Assembly: GCA_034408725.1 (NCBI GenBank)
Contig: JAWXCN010000260.1
Location: forward strand, 1-11,064
Length of the DNA stretch: 11,064 nt
From: Candidatus Hydrogenedentota bacterium
GTDB lineage: Bacteria; Hydrogenedentota; Hydrogenedentia; Hydrogenedentales; SLHB01
Reading direction: 5' to 3'
The translations under genes were made by a program, and so were the position numbers. Shown piece by piece: positions 7,349 to 11,064 of this stretch. Position 1 is the stretch's first letter. Each line of letters begins with the position of its first letter. The notes beneath the pieces are model-generated. The model was not told where the DNA came from, made no database searches, and saw only the letters and a program-made list of their open reading frames with translations.

Positions 7349-9372
7349 AGTCCCTCTTCAATCTGCCGGCGTTCGAGTGCCAACACACGATCGCGGTATT
7401 CGGCGGCTTTTTCGAATTCCATCTTTCCCGCTGCGTCTTTCATTTTACGTTTCAAGTCCTGAATAGTGCGTTTGAGATTATGCGACGGCAGGTAAAGGTC
7501 CTCGTCCTCCGCGGCTTTCGCGACGGTAATGTAGTCCCGTTCATGGATGCTGCTCATAATGCTGGCAAGCGACTTCTGAACCGTGCGCGGGGTAATGCCG
7601 TGTTGCGCATTGTATTCCAATTGCTTCTCGCGGCGGCGGGCCATTTCGTCCAACGCGCGCCGCATCGACCCGGTAACGCTGTCGGCGTACATGATAACGC
7701 GGCCCTTCACGTTACGCGCGGCGCGTCCGCAGGTTTGGATGAGACTCGTGGCGGATCGGAGGTAGCCTTCCTTATCTGCGTCGAGAATGGCGACAAGCGT
7801 TACCTCGGGCAGGTCGAGGCCTTCGCGCAGGAGGTTAATGCCGACGAGCACGTCGAATTCGCCGCTGCGCAGACCGCGCACGAGTTCAATGCGTTCGAGC
7901 GTTTCCACGTCCGAATGCATGTATTTCACGCGAACGTTCAGATCGCGCAGATAGTCCGTAAGGTCTTCGGCCATGCGTTTCGTGAGCGTGGTGACGAGGG
8001 CGCGTTCGCCGCGCTTCGCAACCTGGCGGAGTTCGTCCAGAAGATCATCCACCTGATTGGACGCGGGCCGCACCTCGACTTCGGGATCGATGAGGCCCGT
8101 TGGCCGCACCACCTGCTCGGTGAAAAGTCCCTCACTCGTTTTCAATTCATATTCCGCGGGCGTTGCACTGACGTAGATGCATTGGCCGGCGAGCGTACCA
8201 AATTCCGTGAACTGGAGCGGACGATTATCGCGAGCGCACGGCAGGCGGAAGCCGTACTCGACAAGTTTGTCTTTGCGGCTGCGATCACCTTTGTACATGG
8301 CCCCGATTTGCGGCACCGTAATGTGGCTTTCGTCGATGACGAGGATGTAGTCGTCCGGGAAATAATTCATGAGCGTGTACGGCGGATCGCCTGGCATCCG
8401 CCCATCCAGATGGCGTGAATAGTTCTCGATGCCGCTGCAAAAGCCAATTTCGCCCAGCATTTCGATATCGAACCGCGTTCGTTGGGAAAGCCGTTGTGCC
8501 TCCAGCAGTTTGTTCTCGCCGTTCAATTCCTTTAGGCGTTCCTGCAATTCGTGCTCGATACCTTTAATGGCGCGCTGCATGGTGTCTGCCGATGTCGCGT
8601 AGTGCGAGCCGGGATAGATCGCGGTCCGCCGCAGCTTGCGTTTAACGACGCCGCGCAGAGGGTCTATCTCGAACAGCGATTCTATTTCGTCGCCAAAGTA
8701 TTCGACGCGAATCGCCAATTCGGCTTCGTAGGCGGGAAACACGTCCACGACGTCGCCCCGGACGCGAAACGTGCCGCGATAGAAATCGACGTCGTTTCGC
8801 GCGTATTGCATTGCAATGAGGCCCGCGATGAGTTTCTCGCGCGACAATGTTGCGCCGGGTTCGATTTCGACGCGCAACGCGCCATAAGTTTCAGGCGAGC
8901 CAATGCCGTAGATGCACGAAACGCTGGCGACGATGATGACATCGCGGCGGGTCATCAGGGCGCGCGTCGCGGCATGGCGCATCTTGTCGATCTCGTCGTT
9001 TACCGATGATTCCTTTTCGATATAGGTGTCGGTCGACGGGACATAAGCCTCCGGCGTGTAGTAATCGTAGTAGCTGACGAAATATTCGACCGCGTTGCCG
9101 GGAAACAATTGCTTGAACTCGCTGTACAACTGAGCAGCGAGCACCTTGTTCGGCGCGATGACGAGCGCGGGGCGATTCACCGTGGCGACGACATTGGCTA
9201 TCGTGAAAGTCTTGCCCGATCCGGTTACACCGAGCAGCACCTGATGACGCAACCCTTCTCCAAGACCGCGCACCAACTCTTCGATGGCGCGCGGCTGATC
9301 CCCTTCCGGCTTGTACTCACTGGAAAGTTGAAACGGAACCGGACCGCCCGCGACAAGCCGTTCCTCGGTCAT
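7345..9372 (-). CDS. uvrB: Excinuclease ABC subunit B
   Basis: Walker A GVTGSGKT, beta-hairpin [59 protein letters not shown] and a C-terminal UVR domain (FEKAAEYRD). The ATG overlaps the rel stop (ATGA). Confidence 0.98.
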   Translation of the reverse strand: MTEERLVAGGPVPFQLSSEYKPEGDQPRAIEELVRGLGEGLRHQVLLGVTGSGKTFTIANVVATVNRPALVIAPNKVLAAQLYSEFKQLFPGNAVEYFVSYYDYYTPEAYVPSTDTYIEKESSVNDEIDKMRHAATRALMTRRDVIIVASVSCIYGIGSPETYGALRVEIEPGATLSREKLIAGLIAMQYARNDVDFYRGTFRVRGDVVDVFPAYEAELAIRVEYFGDEIESLFEIDPLRGVVKRKLRRTAIYPGSHYATSADTMQRAIKGIEHELQERLKELNGENKLLEAQRLSQRTRFDIEMLGEIGFCSGIENYSRHLDGRMPGDPPYTLMNYFPDDYILVIDESHITVPQIGAMYKGDRSRKDKLVEYGFRLPCARDNRPLQFTEFGTLAGQCIYVSATPAEYELKTSEGLFTEQVVRPTGLIDPEVEVRPASNQVDDLLDELRQVAKRGERALVTTLTKRMAEDLTDYLRDLNVRVKYMHSDVETLERIELVRGLRSGEFDVLVGINLLREGLDLPEVTLVAILDADKEGYLRSATSLIQTCGRAARNVKGRVIMYADSVTGSMRRALDEMARRREKQLEYNAQHGITPRTVQKSLASIMSSIHERDYITVAKAAEDEDLYLPSHNLKRTIQDLKRKMKDAAGKMEFEKAAEYRDRVLALERRQIEEGL

Positions 9373-11064
9373 GACGTCTTCGCCAGAACGAATACCGAGG
9401 CGGGCACGCTTTGCACCTCGGCCACGCCCGGGACCTGGCGCAAGGTTGTTGCAACGCGGGCGACGCTGTCGCGATCCGGCGCTTCGAAAATGAATTCAAA
9501 GAGGCTTTTGCCATTTTCGCCGGGATGAAACTGCGCGCGCGTGATGCTGATATTCATGGGCCGTATTGCGTTTGTGATGTCCGCGAGCATGTTCGGGCGT
9601 TGGCCGGTCGTCACGCGCATCCCGATTTCGATATGGTCCTCGCCATCCCATGACGCTTCAATAATGCGCGCGGGGTCGCGTTTGGTCTTCGCGAAATTCG
9701 GGCAATCCGCGCGATGGATCGTGATGCCCGGTATTTTGGTGGCGTACCCGATCACGGCGTGGCCCGGCATGGGCACGCAGCATTTGGCGAACTGCACCTG
9801 GATGTTCTTGTTGCCGTCGACGCGGATCATCTTGTCCCGAGTGGCTTCGTCGACATGTTTGATCTTTGGTTTCGATTCGGGAAGAAGTCGCACCTGATCC
9901 CGGCGCAACTGTCCCTCGAGTGGTTCGAGATCGCCCAGTTCGCGCAGTCTTTGGCGAATACGCGTGCGCGCTTTTCCCGTTACGACCACGTCGAGCCAAT
10001 CGAGATGCGGCGTTTGCGTGCGGGACGTGAGAATCTCGACGACATCGCCGGTTTGCAGGTTGTATCGAAGGGGGACCAGTTTTCCGTTTACGCGCGAGCC
10101 GATGCAGTGGTGGCCAATATCCGAGTGGACGTAGTATGCGAAGTCCAGCGGCGTCGCGCCTTCGGGCAGTTCTTTCACTTCGCCTTTTGGCGTGAACACA
10201 TATATGTCTGGCCGGCCCACGTCGCGGCGAATCGTATCGAGTAATTCATCCGGGCCGTGCGTATCCTGCAACCATTCATACATTTGGCGCAACCACTTGA
10301 GCTTGTCGTCCAGCTTGGGATCGGTAGCGCCTTCCTTGTAGACCCAATGCGCGGCGATGCCTTCGCGCGCAATCCGGTCCATGTCTTCGGTGCGAATCTG
10401 AATCTCGAGCGGCATGCCATTTTCGCGCATGACTATCGTGTGCATCGATTGATACATGTTCGCCTTGGGCATGGCGATATAGTCTTTGAACCTGCCGGGA
10501 ACCGGCGGCCACAGGTGATGGACGACACCCAGCGCGTTGTAACAGCCCGAGACCGTCTGCGCGACGATGCGCACGGCAAGTATGTCCATGACCTCGCCGA
10601 AACCTTTGTTCTGCTGAATCATCTTGCGGTAGATGCTGTAGAGATGTTTCGGGCGGCCCAACACGCGCGCGCTGATTTCCGCTTCCGCGAGGCGTTCCTC
10701 AAGATACGAAATGGTTTCGTTAAGCCAGGCTTCGCGCTCGTGGCGTTTCATGGCGACATGCGTGGCAATGCTTTTGTATTCGGTGGGATTCAAGTGGTGA
10801 AACGCGTGGTCCTCGAGCTCCCATTTCCACGCGGCGATACCGAGCCGGTGGGCAAGCGGCGCGTAAATATCGAGGGTCTCGCGGCAAATGCGCTCGACGC
10901 GTTTTTTATCTTTCAGAAACGCGATGGTACGCATGTTGTGCAGGCGGTCCGCGAGTTTGATCAGGATGACGCGCACGTCTTTGGCCGTTGCGACGAGCAT
11001 TTTGCGCAGGTTCTCGGCCTGCTTCTCCGCCTGCGTCGGCGGCGATTCCGTCCATTTCATGGAC
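9369..11064 (-). CDS. rel: Long RSH (p)ppGpp synthetase/hydrolase Rel (RelA/SpoT family), 5' end outside the window
   Basis: [48 protein letters not shown] (RxKD type), EIQIRT, AAHWxYK, TGS domain ([14 protein letters not shown]), zinc finger (KCC...H...C) and ACT domain. The frame stays open to the window edge. Confidence 0.97.
   Translation of the reverse strand, partial: SMKWTESPPTQAEKQAENLRKMLVATAKDVRVILIKLADRLHNMRTIAFLKDKKRVERICRETLDIYAPLAHRLGIAAWKWELEDHAFHHLNPTEYKSIATHVAMKRHEREAWLNETISYLEERLAEAEISARVLGRPKHLYSIYRKMIQQNKGFGEVMDILAVRIVAQTVSGCYNALGVVHHLWPPVPGRFKDYIAMPKANMYQSMHTIVMRENGMPLEIQIRTEDMDRIAREGIAAHWVYKEGATDPKLDDKLKWLRQMYEWLQDTHGPDELLDTIRRDVGRPDIYVFTPKGEVKELPEGATPLDFAYYVHSDIGHHCIGSRVNGKLVPLRYNLQTGDVVEILTSRTQTPHLDWLDVVVTGKARTRIRQRLRELGDLEPLEGQLRRDQVRLLPESKPKIKHVDEATRDKMIRVDGNKNIQVQFAKCCVPMPGHAVIGYATKIPGITIHRADCPNFAKTKRDPARIIEASWDGEDHIEIGMRVTTGQRPNMLADITNAIRPMNISITRAQFHPGENGKSLFEFIFEAPDRDSVARVATTLRQVPGVAEVQSVPASVFVLAKTS

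Noticed and set aside
6059-8418. Two consecutive 393-aa plus-strand ORFs (6059-7240 and 7237-8418) overlapping by ATGA
   Set aside because: Both are antisense to the well-supported GH3-like and uvrB genes and have no recognisable motifs. Long antisense frames are expected from GC-rich codon bias, and the equal length appears coincidental.
11058-11060. ATG at 11060 as the start of rel
   Set aside because: The frame is open beyond it and most of the N-terminal hydrolase domain is missing, so the gene is cut by the window edge.

Overview
GC-rich bacterial chromosomal segment. The gene content suggests a Hydrogenedentota/Planctomycetota-like lineage, but that is only an impression. The left half holds secreted or envelope genes: the tail of a probable alpha/beta hydrolase, a ceramidase-like metallohydrolase, a small PEP-CTERM protein behind a near-consensus sigma-54 promoter, a heme-c-fused copper type II (PHM/DBH-like) monooxygenase, and a divergent three-repeat beta-barrel protein. 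The right half is a minus-strand unit with overlapping stop/start codons: rel (RelA/SpoT, 5' truncated), uvrB, and a GH3/NagZ-like protein with a C-terminal PKD domain. Main observations: (1) the GH3 protein keeps its scaffold motifs but lacks the recognisable catalytic residues; (2) the uvrB/GH3 junction carries a heptamer tandem repeat and several mutually exclusive inverted repeats covering the candidate start sites; (3) the monooxygenase has a full Cu ligand set plus its own cytochrome c; (4) Rel has a much shortened helical region; (5) REP/REPIN-like palindromes sit in the convergent intergenic gaps.
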